DNA from: Perkinsus chesapeaki ATCC PRA-425
Taxonomy: Eukaryota > Protista > Perkinsozoa
Direction: 5' to 3'
Assembly: GCA_013115145.1 (NCBI GenBank)
Contig: JAAPAO010000089.1
Location: 1-64,000 of the forward strand
Length of the DNA stretch: 64,000 nucleotides
The notes below the pieces were generated by a model that made no database searches, was not told the origin of the DNA, and worked only from the letters and a program-made list of their open reading frames with translations. Both the position numbers and the translations under genes were made by a program. The number at the start of each line of letters is the position of its first letter. Positions within the stretch are counted from its first letter, which is position 1. Shown here one piece after another: positions 11,704 through 23,254 of this stretch.

Positions 11704-12309
11704 ACTCAGAGTTTTTAATTTAGTAGATGCATTACTTTTGCTATCGAGAGTGTTGTGTTGTACAGTAGTACCTATGCTTTGGACGAGTTGGTCAAGCTGG
11801 GCATTGTACGACTAGTACCAGTGGAAGGGTATTAAGGGATAAAAGGTTGATCAAAAAAGGAATAATCGATGATATTTTGAGCATATGCAAGACGACGTAA
11901 CACTATGTCACTCAAAACTGAATGATTAATAACACAATGCAAAATGATTGATCATAATACTACTTGCCATTCACTAATACAGTGGACGCTGTTTGGCAGC
12001 AGCAACACACCGATAACAGGATACTGACCTTAACGGCCACCTCGACCAAATAAACGAACGGAAACGAATCGTATGATACGACAATAACAACGGCGGCTGT
12101 GAGACTCGAGCTCTGGACGAACCCTTAACTGTATCAGTGGACACACTATAAGACTATAAAAAATCCGCAGGTGAAGATGAGACAGAAAACGGTGCTATCA
12201 CAAAGCGGGCCAGAACCCGCTAGTAAAATGTGACGCACCGTGACAGCTGGAACAGTAGCTGGCTCTCGTCCACGGGCATGTATACTGAAGAAGCTTGAGA
12301 TAAATAAAA

Positions 12310-12873
12310 CTAATGTGCTACAGCGTAATCGACAGAAGACCGGCTGTCCTTTGGCTTGATAATAGGCGACGGAGCACTCACAGTAGTATCACTCTGGAGA
12401 GCTCTCATTGGGCACTTGCCACCTTCACCAGGACGGGCTTCAGTATAGGGCCCATAGACGCCCATAAATGCACAAAGGCCATGGATGTAGGGCCTAACGA
12501 ATTGGACCGGCATGTTGAAATCTTCGCACGCCTTGATCTGCATCAGCAACCACCGGTTGCGTTGGTGCCAGGTGAAGCCGTCACCACGGAAGCCGGCTTC
12601 ATTCGGAGCGTTAACTCTGAGAGGACAGTGCTGAGCTTTCTTGTGGGAGGCGTTGACTCTGCGGAGTGAAGGACCAACTTTGTCCACTCCAACTGAATGG
12701 AAGAACCAGCGGCAGAAGAGCTCATGGTGGGGCAGCGTCTTGTCGTCGTACAGCACACCTAGGATCGGGTCACGAAATGACATGTCATAGAAATGCTTGA
12801 CCAGAGCCAGGACGGTCTCTTTGCCACCGGCAATCTCAACGAGGTTGCTGGGGAAGAGCTGCATGCGCCGCAA
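12310..12873 (-). CDS. Truncated (2/2) hemoglobin, group II-like; probable short upstream exon not resolved
   Basis: LVEIAGGKETVLALVKHFYD (B10 Tyr)...DPILGVLY...VNASHKK (candidate F8 His)...QRNRWLLMQ (G8 Trp). The ORF begins right after a tttttatccag splice acceptor. Confidence 0.7.
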   Translation of the reverse strand: MRRMQLFPSNLVEIAGGKETVLALVKHFYDMSFRDPILGVLYDDKTLPHHELFCRWFFHSVGVDKVGPSLRRVNASHKKAQHCPLRVNAPNEAGFRGDGFTWHQRNRWLLMQIKACEDFNMPVQFVRPYIHGLCAFMGVYGPYTEARPGEGGKCPMRALQSDTTVSAPSPIIKPKDSRSSVDYAVAH

Positions 12874-12919
12874 CTGGATAAAAATAAACTAAAAGAACTC
12901 TGGTCCATGATATCTGACA

Positions 12920-15900
12920 TTAGCCCACACTGAACAGCGACAGACGAAAGATTGAAAGACTGTAGGAGGGTAATAACGCAGGGAAAAACCAAGTCCACCA
13001 CCATGAAAAATTATCGAGAGGTTCCTCTGAATTTAAAACTCCAAAGTCGTATGTCGCAACAATGGGAATAAAATTTCCTACGTACGGACGAACGCTGACA
13101 TTTTTTTTGAATATTAAATTTGAGGAGTGGAGGGTACTAAGGCTCTGCGGCAACCAGTTCATGAGAATCTCTGCACGCAAGTGTCTTGCACGCATGCGCA
13201 TGGATACCCTCGAAGACCTCGTCCTTGTTGCTGAGAAAGTATACGACAGTTCCAACTGAACATTCGTAGCGCCTAGACTGCGTCTACAGATCGGACCCTT
13301 ATGTAGCAAACTGTGCACCCGAAAAAGGATTTTTGCCACTATCGCTGATCAACTCGAATTACGGTCACCATCACACTCCAACAATTGAAGTACCCAAAGG
13401 CAAACAATATTTACCAAATCCAACGCGACATCGATGCTTCATAAACTTCACGAGGGGCTCTTGAGTTAAACATGCGGTGCATTGGGTGATGCCTTCGGCG
13501 GAGATATGTGGCATTCTGAAGGGAATCGTAGAAATCGAGATCTCCGTTCACCAACCTTCGCCGCCTGAGAGCTCCGCTTCGGCGACCAGTGTGAACTCCG
13601 CTGGTTCTGCGATAGGGGGCTCCAAAGAGGATGCGCTCTGGTTTCTGTCAAATAGCATTCGATCCCCTTTCGGAGATTTGAGCGAAGGAGGAATCACGCC
13701 AGCTAAATGAGCATTTTCCAATAACGCGGTCGCGCTCGACCTACGCCTCTTATTGGCCGATGGTGGCCGATAAACCGGCGCTGGTGGGCGGAGCATGTTC
13801 TTCGACTTGATTGCTAGAGCGCGCTCCAGCGACTGAACCTGAAAGATGCTAGGTCGCGCCAAACCTGTACTGGAGAGAGCCGGACGTTCTTGACGTGCTG
13901 GTCAAGTGTCGTTGCACGTTTTGGGCTTTTATCACTGGAGACGTCGGCGTGGTGCTCGTTGGAAGGAGTGGGCTAATCAAAGCAACTTTTCGGAGGTCAT
14001 CGCTTCGGATCGCAGTACTTCAGGGGCGATTGCCAACAGCTTCTCCTTCTCCGCATTGAGAGCCTCAATGGTGGCTTCCGCCTTTCGGCAGAGATCGTCA
14101 CAGCATCGCTCAGCATGCACCTACGCGGATATAGCCAACAGTCTCGCAATAAAATGCCTACACTTGTTGAGCTTTGAGCTGACGCTCGGACTAATTCCAC
14201 AAGCCTCTGAGTTTCCTCTCGCGCTTGCATGAGGACTGGTGTAATGTGCTTCTTCCATTGCATTCTTGCCTCTAAGGTCGCCGCGCTAACCTGTGAGCTG
14301 AAACATACCGCACGTGCCCCGCATCAATCGCCGACGGTCAGCTCGTCCGTGACTTGTTCCCATACTGCAGCCCTCGTCAGGACCTCCTCCGATTTCAACG
14401 TGAAGTCGTCGCAAGCTGAAATAAGTCTGAAGGAGGAAAACACTCCACCGGTTTGAAGAATCCCTTTCACAGTGGAATCCTCTTACTTTCCTACGGCAAG
14501 AGTCTTGTCTTCAATCGGCCCCAGAACTTGAGTCCGAATATCATCAAAGATGGCAGAGAGGTTACGACGAAGCTAAACCGAACATTGTACATTTCTCCCC
14601 GAAGATACGGGGAATCTCGGAACATCCACAGTTGCCCTGCTCTTATAAGGACGAGCTGCGACACTTCGAGTTCTCACATCCTCTTCGAGAGTCAGTTTCC
14701 ACGATTTCAAAGATGCTGCCGCTTCCTCCCTTTCTGCGTTCAATTTCCTCTCAAACTTCTCGCGCTTTGCTTTCACAGCTGCGTTTTCCTGGGATAAATG
14801 AAGGTATCCCGATAGCGGGACGACATCAACAATTGCAGGTAAAGTGCGTGGGGGTATCCTGGTGTTCTCACAGGCTCATTTTCCTTCATTTTCTCGACCT
14901 CTTCCTCAGGTTTATGCTTTCCTACTTCTTTCTCAAGACGGGCCTGGTACAAGGGGGTGATGTGAGCTACCAAGCGGGAGAGAACTTACCTGCAGCATTC
15001 GAGCTCGGTACTGTAAAGTCGCCAAGGCATTGCGGCATGAGATGCCCACAGTCAAACCATTGATGTCATCGACGTAACCAACCACTGACCGGAGAATGCC
15101 TTTTAATGGCTGCTTCCTGTAGCCTCCGCCCTATAAGAAAGGCGAGCTCCTCACAGTGGTATGAGCATAAAGAGGTGTCCCACTTCCCAATAGCTGTACA
15201 TCTTTTCCTGAGCCTTGAACAGCTTCAAGTCGTACTCGAACAACGCTCGCTTATTTTCGAATTCTCTTTCGCGCCGCATTTTTCGTTCCTCTAGCTTCTG
15301 CTCCATCTGTCATGGAGGTGGTTTACTGTCTATTCGTTGCGGAAGTCAAACCTCTGACGTTTCTGCCACGCTTGACTTTTGTAAATCCTCATGAGCCGCT
15401 TTGACGTTCAGCATGAGAGAGTTAAGCTCAGCAATGGCTACTGTCAGCAGAGGTTGATATGCATCAATGGCCGCGTTACGCTTGTCTCGCCGAAGCTTCT
15501 CGAGCCTGTGGATGCGACGCGTCTCGCTCTCTGGCGTCACAGTAATACACTACGTAGGTGCGCATAGAAATGAAACTTCGCGGCTAATATTTCCCGACCC
15601 TGCTGCTTGGAAATGCAGCTTTCATCGGCGTTCTCGAAGACTTTGCAAAAGGTGAGATGAAAGTGATGGTGATTCACCATGGGAAGCCCTCACCTATCGA
15701 CTCGCTTATGTTCAAGGTCATGCCGGAGCTTAGCAGCGTCCGCTTCCAGTTTCAATAGTTTCTCATTATCTTGATTTTTAAAGAATGCGATCCGCTGTCC
15801 TCTTTCTATCTTGTTCATGCCTTGGATGAGCTCGTCCTCCGATTGCAATCCCTCTTCTGCTTCCTAAGCGGACCTCTAAAGGCGAACTCTGCCGACTCCG

Positions 15901-15920
15901 CGTCAAACAGGTTGTTATGG
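12920..15920 (-). CDS. Multi-exon coiled-coil protein (boundaries approximate)
   Basis: Exon pieces rich in E/K/R heptads (RRIHRLEKLRRDKRNAAIDAY; KAKREKFERKLNAEREEAAASLKSW) plus Pro/Ser-rich segment 13548-13862. Confidence 0.4.
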
Positions 15921-15955
15921 ATGGGCAAAGTGAAAAAAACGACATATACATTATC

Positions 15956-16029
15956 GGTCGTTTAGCTCAGTCGGTTAGAGCATCGTGCTAATAACGCGAG
16001 GGTCGCAGGTTCGAGCCCTGCATCGACCA
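15956..16029 (+). tRNA. trnI-AAT: tRNA-Ile (AAT)
   Basis: GGTCGTT...TAGCTCAGTCGGTTAGAGC, anticodon arm tcgtg-ctAATaa-cgcga, T-loop GGTTCGAGCCC, ends ATCGACCA; 74 nt. Confidence 0.97.
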
Positions 16030-16073
16030 TTTAACTTATTCCAGACGGACTTACAAATTACTACATTCCGTAT

Positions 16074-19000
16074 TCAATTAGCTTCACTTGAATAGGCCAC
16101 AAGGATAACGAATTCAACATGAAAATGCTTGGTAATCTCGCCTCCTACCAAGTTGATGTCCTTTGGGTTGCTCATTTCATCATCTATCCTTTCATGTATA
16201 TGTTGAAGTAATTTCCCTAGAGCTTCACAGTCCGCTTCCGCTTGCCTCTGATCATCGTGTGGCGACTGAAACATGCGAAGATTCTCGCCAGTCTACTCTC
16301 AAATATTGTTCCTAATGGGAACAGATGCACCCTACGTAACGAACCACTCTTGGAGTTCAATAACGGAAATATAGCTCCAAACAGCATCACAGTTCGATAT
16401 CTATAGCAGGCACACTCCTCACCTTTCTAGCCCTCTGCATGGCCAGCCTGCTCATATCGATTGCGGACAGCACGTCGCAGTACACAAATCCAGCGGAACT
16501 GTACCGCACAGAAGCATCCAATTGGGCCAATCGAAGTGAAAGCTCCCTGGCTTCGTTCAGGATAGCCCCTTCGTTCCGCAGTTGGACCTATACTGTAGTA
16601 TGAAATGCTCCGAGTCGGACGTCGAAGATGGTTGCCAAGGGCAACTTGCCGTAGCACGGCTGCTGTTCACCTTCCGATCTTCAATTCCGCGCAGCAGTGG
16701 AACTTTTTCTTCAAGAATTCTGAGCCGCAGCTCAATGTCTTTCATTTCTTGTAGCTACAGATCAGCGAACTCAGTCAAGACTGGGATCACGATTTACCTG
16801 GCTAGTCCTCTCTGTGACCACCGCTTTCGCCCTTTGCAATGCGCGTTCTTCAAGGCTTTGCTCAAATCTGCCTTTCACTTCTAGGGCAGCATCTGACAGC
16901 CAAGAATAGCGACACTGTTGTATTCTTTACGGTCTCTCTCACCTAGCTTGGTTATTCTATCGACCGGCACTTTCTCGACCCCACCGAATTTTCTAGCTAG
17001 CCTCGACAACTTCTCATGCTTCAGCTTCATCAGGCAACTGATCGAAAAGGGCCGTCCGGACTCTGTGCCACTTAAGGTTTGGCCGTATCAGACCGCTGGT
17101 GGGTTGCCGTAATCGTGAAGTAACCTTTGCACGCGTCACGGGGCTGAAATCACAGCCTTTTGTCTTGAATCGGAAATTTTCACCAAACTATAAAGAATCA
17201 AGACGAGGGTACTAGAGATCGTGTCTGCTGACAGGAGCAAGGACGAGGGACTCTCACTTCTGGGTTCGGTTGTGCAATGAGGTCTCCAACTTGGAGAGAA
17301 TAGTTTCGGCTTCGGCCTTTCTCTCGACGATTGATGCATGCATCGATCGCTCGACTTCCACAAGCTCCGGGTACTTCTGAACTGAGCGAAGATCGGAAGG
17401 GGGCTCTATCAGAATGACAATCACTGAAGTCCGGCCGGGCGATCTCTTCCAGTATCGACTTGTCGGAATCGCTAGGGAAATCGGCGAGGCAAGAATCTGA
17501 CGGGGACACCAGCTACGCCGTAGTCGGCTGAGGCTGCCATACCGTCACTCTCCTCGGAACTGCTTGTTTCCAACTTTGCTTCAAGCAGGTCAGCAGCGGC
17601 TCGCAAGCGATTCATTCGAGACTTTGCGAAGTCCCTGTTGAACAAGTTCTGGACCTGAATCAAGCAGCTGGTGAGACGAGTACAATGTGATCTGGATTAC
17701 ATCTGCAATGGTCACTTCTTCTTCGAGGAATACTGGTGGAGGCGGCAAAGGGATACCTGAAACCCTAGGCTGCCTCTCGAGCGTATGCACTTTAGTGACC
17801 GCTTCTCTCCGCTCCGACCTCAGACAGCACCTCTTTGGTACTATGCGGCTCATCGATCTCACCCGTGGTCACGGGCGAACCTACAAAAAACTATATCATG
17901 CTCATGAGGCAGATCGCACCCTGCTCGTCCTCTGCTGCGTAAGTGGCTTTCTCTATGTCTTCCTGCGCATCTTCCATCCCTGACTTCGCAGTAACGAAGC
18001 GCGGCCTTCCTCTCACATCTTTCTCTTTCCCCTTGCACATCTTCGCTCTCAGAGCTGCTACTCGAGAGATCCTTCTCCCCACGATCAACCTCGGTCTCAA
18101 TCGCAGCCTCTACGCCAGCTGTTGGAGCGGAAGCTTCATCCCTCAGAGTCTCGCCGGAGGTAGGCACGATTCCAGCCTCTATGGTATCTCCGAAGCTGGG
18201 GCTCTTAGCTGATTGGGGGCACTCACTAACAATGTTTCAGTGCTGTTCTTACGCCCCGTTAATTCAACAGGAGCAGCGCCGTCCTCCGCCAGCTCAGCCA
18301 TAACGTCTTCGACGGATTCCTCGGCTGATGAGCTTGAACTCGAAGAGCCTACTAAACTATGAGCTGGGTTTGTCGGCCCTTAACCGCTCACCTTCGCTGC
18401 TAATACTATCCGACCCGCTCGTAGAGGCGGCGCCGGTCGTCTTGGGGGAAGGTCCAGAAAGAATGGTCTTGTCATCGGCCGGAAGCAGCTTCACTCCTGA
18501 ACCGAACGCCGGCCGAGATTGTCGAGGTGACGTAGAAGTAATGGTCTCTGCAGGCTCACCGATATCGCTTGATGTGGCATACTTGTAATATGCTGTATTA
18601 TGCTTGAATATGAAGCACACATCATCGCCCTTCAAACCCACAATAACCACGTCGAAGAACTTCCCTTGGTTGCCTGAAAAGCGATCCTTTTGGCCTCCCC
18701 AAGGTATACATTTGCTTTTATATGTAAAAAGCTCCCTGCATCCCGTCGCTCTGGAGATCTGATCTTCGCTCAAGTATTCAAGCCGCACAGGCAGAAAATG
18801 ATAAAATTTGCCCGTGAACAGATTGAAGGATCTCACTTGAATACCATCTACATTCCTCGCCCACAGCACACCACTGGGGGAACCTTTCCTCAGCCTCGCC
18901 CTCACCAGTGCCTTCCGCTAAAGCAGCCTTCAGTAGTGCCTAACCAAGCAAATCGGGGAACCCTCCAGGCGTGACACGCTCACCATGTTTGTGTCGCCCC

Positions 19001-19295
19001 GGTCTGAATCCGTGTCACGATGACCGATCCCAACGGCCGAGCAAATGTGATCGAGTGTGGCAGCGAGATCTGCGACCTTCGTGGCCATGGTGGATCCATC
19101 TGGGCCCTCTGTGAAGCAACAACGCTGAATCCTGCTGAGCCAGTGGGTTATACCGTCGTTCACAGATACTCCATGGAGAGCACTTTCAATGGCCCTCTTC
19201 TCAGTCTCACAGGAATGGATAATTCTTAGAAGGGCTGCCCGGAGCGATGCGCTTAACTTATGTTGCTGCTGTTCCCTGCGCTCTATCTCGTACAT
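16074..19295 (-). CDS. Multi-exon hypothetical protein region (possibly the 3' part of the SH3-repeat gene)
   Basis: Consecutive minus-strand coding-like pieces (18930-19295, 18357-18905, 17859-18167, 17472-17663, 16557-16745, 16074-16274). No family recognised. Confidence 0.35.
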
Positions 19296-19433
19296 GGGGT
19301 CGTGCTTTAGTATGGCGTCTGGGACCTACGCCTATATACCGTAATACGTATACGTAATACGCTAAAGGGCCTTCTGAATTATGTAGACTAGCATCGACAT
19401 GTGTGAATCTATTAATTGAGTAAATCAGCATGC

Positions 19434-20900
19434 TCAGCAACTCCAGTCACGAGTGAGTCCACGAGCCACTGGAGCACACTGGAGATAACTTGGCTCGTTG
19501 CCTCCAGCAAGGGGACCGTTAATGATAGCGTTGCCAGTAAGAAAGGAGGAAAGATATAGCGCTGATGAGCGTGCCGAAAAGAAGTGTGTTGCCGAAAGTG
19601 CGCAACAACTTCGGTTAGATCTCGTTACCCAATCGGCACTATGCGTCCAACTGCCGTCCTTCTCCTGATAGGCCTCTCTCATTTTTACGAACGTCCAGCC
19701 AGACTGGTGTCTCTCCAGCACTTCAACAACTTGCCCATCATCAACATCGAAATTTTCTCCACTATACCTTCCCACTGTGTGGACCTGATTCCAGCCTGTG
19801 CCGCGACGAGCAGGTTTTGCCTTAGCCAGCGTTACAAGTTCCGTCTCCACAAGTATCGAATCGGGTAGCCAGCATCTCCTTAAAGGAACTTCTAATGTAA
19901 AGTCGGTTATCTTGACAAACGTCCAACCACTAGGATGCCTCTCAACGAGCTGCACCAAATCTCCAACCACTACCTGATTAGACCGCACGGAAGATCTAAG
20001 CCGACAAAGTTCATTTGCCTATTGCTCCAAAATGATTCGTTTTTTGGCGAGGCATGATCACTACTGTAGACCACTAGTGGGGCCCTGGTCCATGGTTGGT
20101 CCAGCCGACCAGCCAGGCAGTCGCCGGCTGCTTGTCGCAGACCGCCACCCAGCCACCGACGATTCTACTATAGGACTACGGATTCTACTGTAGATTCCTA
20201 ATAGTATGGCGAGCCTGATGGCCGGCAACACTGATGGCATCCGAAGCATTCGCAGAAGCTCAGTAAAGAACACTCCATAACTCATGTCCTCACTTCTATC
20301 TCGACGAGTGTGCCATCTGGCTGTTCAGCATTGTACGCTCGATAGGCATGGTTCACTATACATGTCCGTAGCAGTGGAGCGACCACATTACTAGGAAGCC
20401 AACCTGCGTTATAGGTGTCCAACAAACTTTACGAGTGCAGAACTTCGCTCACCCTTTTGCCTACGGCTCTTTCGAGCGAACGTCCAACCACTCACATGCT
20501 GCTCTAGTACGATGAGTAGGTCACCTACGGTAGGGTTGTGTTTAGCTTGCATTGAAGACAGGAGCTTCGGAATATGAATCGCACCTTTGCTCACGGAGAG
20601 CTGGGAGCTATCGGTTGATGCAGCGCGGAAACCGTGGCGACATTGGAATGCTTTCAATGGCTCGCTTGCTGTCGAAGGTGGCAACCAATCCGGTGTGAAT
20701 TCGTAACTGCGGTTTGGGTTAATAGAGTACGAGTCTTAGAACCTTATGACGAGTATAAGTACGTGGATCACATCACCATGGTGGGTTCTGGTAGCGAGCA
20801 TCGATAACCTATCGACGATAGATCCCTTGCCACCCTTACGTTCGGATTCTAACAGGCTCGGCGCAAGCGTACTGACTGATCCATAAATGATCGTCTTCCA
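19434..20900 (-). CDS. SH3-repeat-containing protein, at least 3 SH3-like repeats, multi-exon
   Basis: GDLVQLVERHPSGWTFVK, GQVVEVLERHQSGWTFVK and GDLLIVLEQHVSGWTFAR with downstream WLP motifs match the SH3 GD.i.V...GW core. Confidence 0.6.
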
Positions 20901-21355
20901 CGGCTTGTATTCTAGCCTTAGTGGTCTGGTTCGAAGCGAAGTCCCACACGTAGCCTAGCAAAACATAGGTCTCTCCATGTTGCAACGATGTACAGATTGA
21001 AGCGAGATGCAAAACCGTTAAGGAGAGCTAATGATATAGATTACAGACCATGCGTAACTTGGCCAGGGAGGAAAGCTATATGGCATATCGCCGAGAAACT
21101 AACATTCTACATATTGTTACCTTCAACACCAACTGAAAGGACTTCCCGTGACGGCATGGCCAAGAGGATTTCTTCCGCACGGAATCTGATGGTGAGTCGC
21201 ATAGCGATATTGGCGAGGATGTATGACTAAGTTCGAATTACACGTACGCAAAAACGGACGTACACTGTGGAGGGCCGACATGGCTTGAATGCGATCATGA
21301 CCGGGGAAAGTGACACTCTAGCCAGAGATGATTCTATCAACAAACGTTAACCGGT

Positions 21356-22050
21356 CTACGCTATTTTGCCCAGGGACTGTCCTATGGTCTCCAAAGCATC
21401 TACGTCTGCAGACGAAAGTTCCGGCCGGGCACCAGCGGAGTCGAATAAATCGTTCTCTGTAGCTCCTTCATCTGAAAGCATCACTTGCAGCCAATAAGGC
21501 ATTTCGAGTGCAGTAATGCTGCTCAGGGTCCGTGGTGGAGGCATCAGCAAGTGTAGTGGAGCCGTTACTTACAGTCAGCCTGGTGGTCCGATGCACCGTC
21601 GACTGTGTACTTCAGAACTGCATCTTTGCTGGTTTTAGAAAAGGAACATCCCATAGGTCATACAAGGTGATAATACTAGTGACAACAAGCTCAGCGTATT
21701 TTGAGAGTGTTTCTCATCTGAATGCTTTTGACACGTTTATGGCGATACCTCACACTGTGAATGCGCGCAAGCAACAGACCATCGGTCCCATTGAACACAA
21801 AGCACCGTACAGTGCGCACAAAAATGAAAATTCCAGTTCACATGACAGTGGATCGAATGGACTTGATCATTCGACAGCTCTGATAGTGTTGACCGTGTGG
21901 ATCATATCCTTCTCGCAGGTACTCCCGCAATTAACTCAAACCTTTACTTCAGCGCATAACGTAACCGCTTTGATTCATCCGTCTCCGCTAGACATGCTCG
22001 AATACAGAGCATACGCTGTTGATTTGGTAACCTGACCAGGATTTTTGGCT
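21356..22050 (-). repeat. Member of a degenerate dispersed duplication family
   Basis: DSAGARPELSSADVDALETIGQSL matches STAGARPELSSENADALRIIGQ* at ~34260-34370. DNA 21805-21898 matches 32105-32195 closely and 35550-35572 partly. Confidence 0.75.
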
Positions 22051-23254
22051 AAGGCTTGTCCCAATAGGGCTTGGGTAGCGCAATGAGGCGGAGGCAATAG
22101 ATTACAGCAGAGAAGCTCTCTCATCTTACCCCCAGATGGCCCAAAGTTGCTACTGCCGAGGCTTTCTATCAAGACAAGGGAAAGTGACACGAGTCACACA
22201 AGCAATGCGAAACTAAAATGCAAAGCCTTCGCAGCAGAGGTGCACAGGTGGGTTACTTTGCCTCATCGTAAGCTTCCTCCAAGTATCGATCATCTCCATA
22301 TTTTGGTCCCTGCCATGGACTCTATGGCAACATGCCCTTCAGTCGTCCTTTCCACTGGCCAGTCGAGGCTGACAACAGAACACGGCAGAGTCAGCAGCTG
22401 GTTTTCCGCGATAACAGACCGAACATTACAACTCCCGAACAACACCAGGACGAAGCTGAGTCACCCATAACATAATAGATACCTCTGGCCGTACAGCGAC
22501 GGGAGACTTTGAGGATATACGAGGTCCCAATATTGAATCACTGCGAACGACTTCAGATCCAATGGAGATGGTCCATGGCATCCGTTGTAAGATGATCGTA
22601 CTGTGATTTGATAGCCATGTCAGTTGCTCATTCTTGAAGGGAGTCCCGTTCAAGATGGCCGCCTTAACTCGAGCCACGATCGCCGAGAGAAGCACCAACC
22701 GGGTGTTAGATGATCGTGAGAGTCCAAATGATCTTGGGGCAGCCCTAGCTCGTACAAGTTAACAGTTTATGTAGGGTAATACTCAGTAGGTGCATGATCG
22801 GATTCGATCGCCAAGGAAAGATTTGGAAGGAGCTAGGAAAATAAGCGGCAAAAGATGTAAGTTATAGCATACACACCAAACCGCTTTAGTTCTCAATGTG
22901 CCGCAGACCCGCAGCGTTCCAGACACTGCATCTGAGCTGTAAATAACACCATCGTTTGACACACTGAGTACGATTAACAAGAGATATCCGAAAGTCGCGG
23001 ATCATGGTATCACGCAATAACATTTTTCAATATCCCTGTACACTTAACGCAATGGCAAGCTTTTGCGAACAATAAGTCGTAAAAGCCCTCAGGCTGTTTG
23101 AAGATGGACTACAAGCTTTGAAACAGCCCTCCGGTTGACATACACAAAATTCTCACACCAAGACCTTCCCAATACAATACTTACCTACATTAATAGACGC
23201 TGAGAATAAACTTATTGGTGCATGAACTTGTCATTGCTACATGAAGCTTGACTT

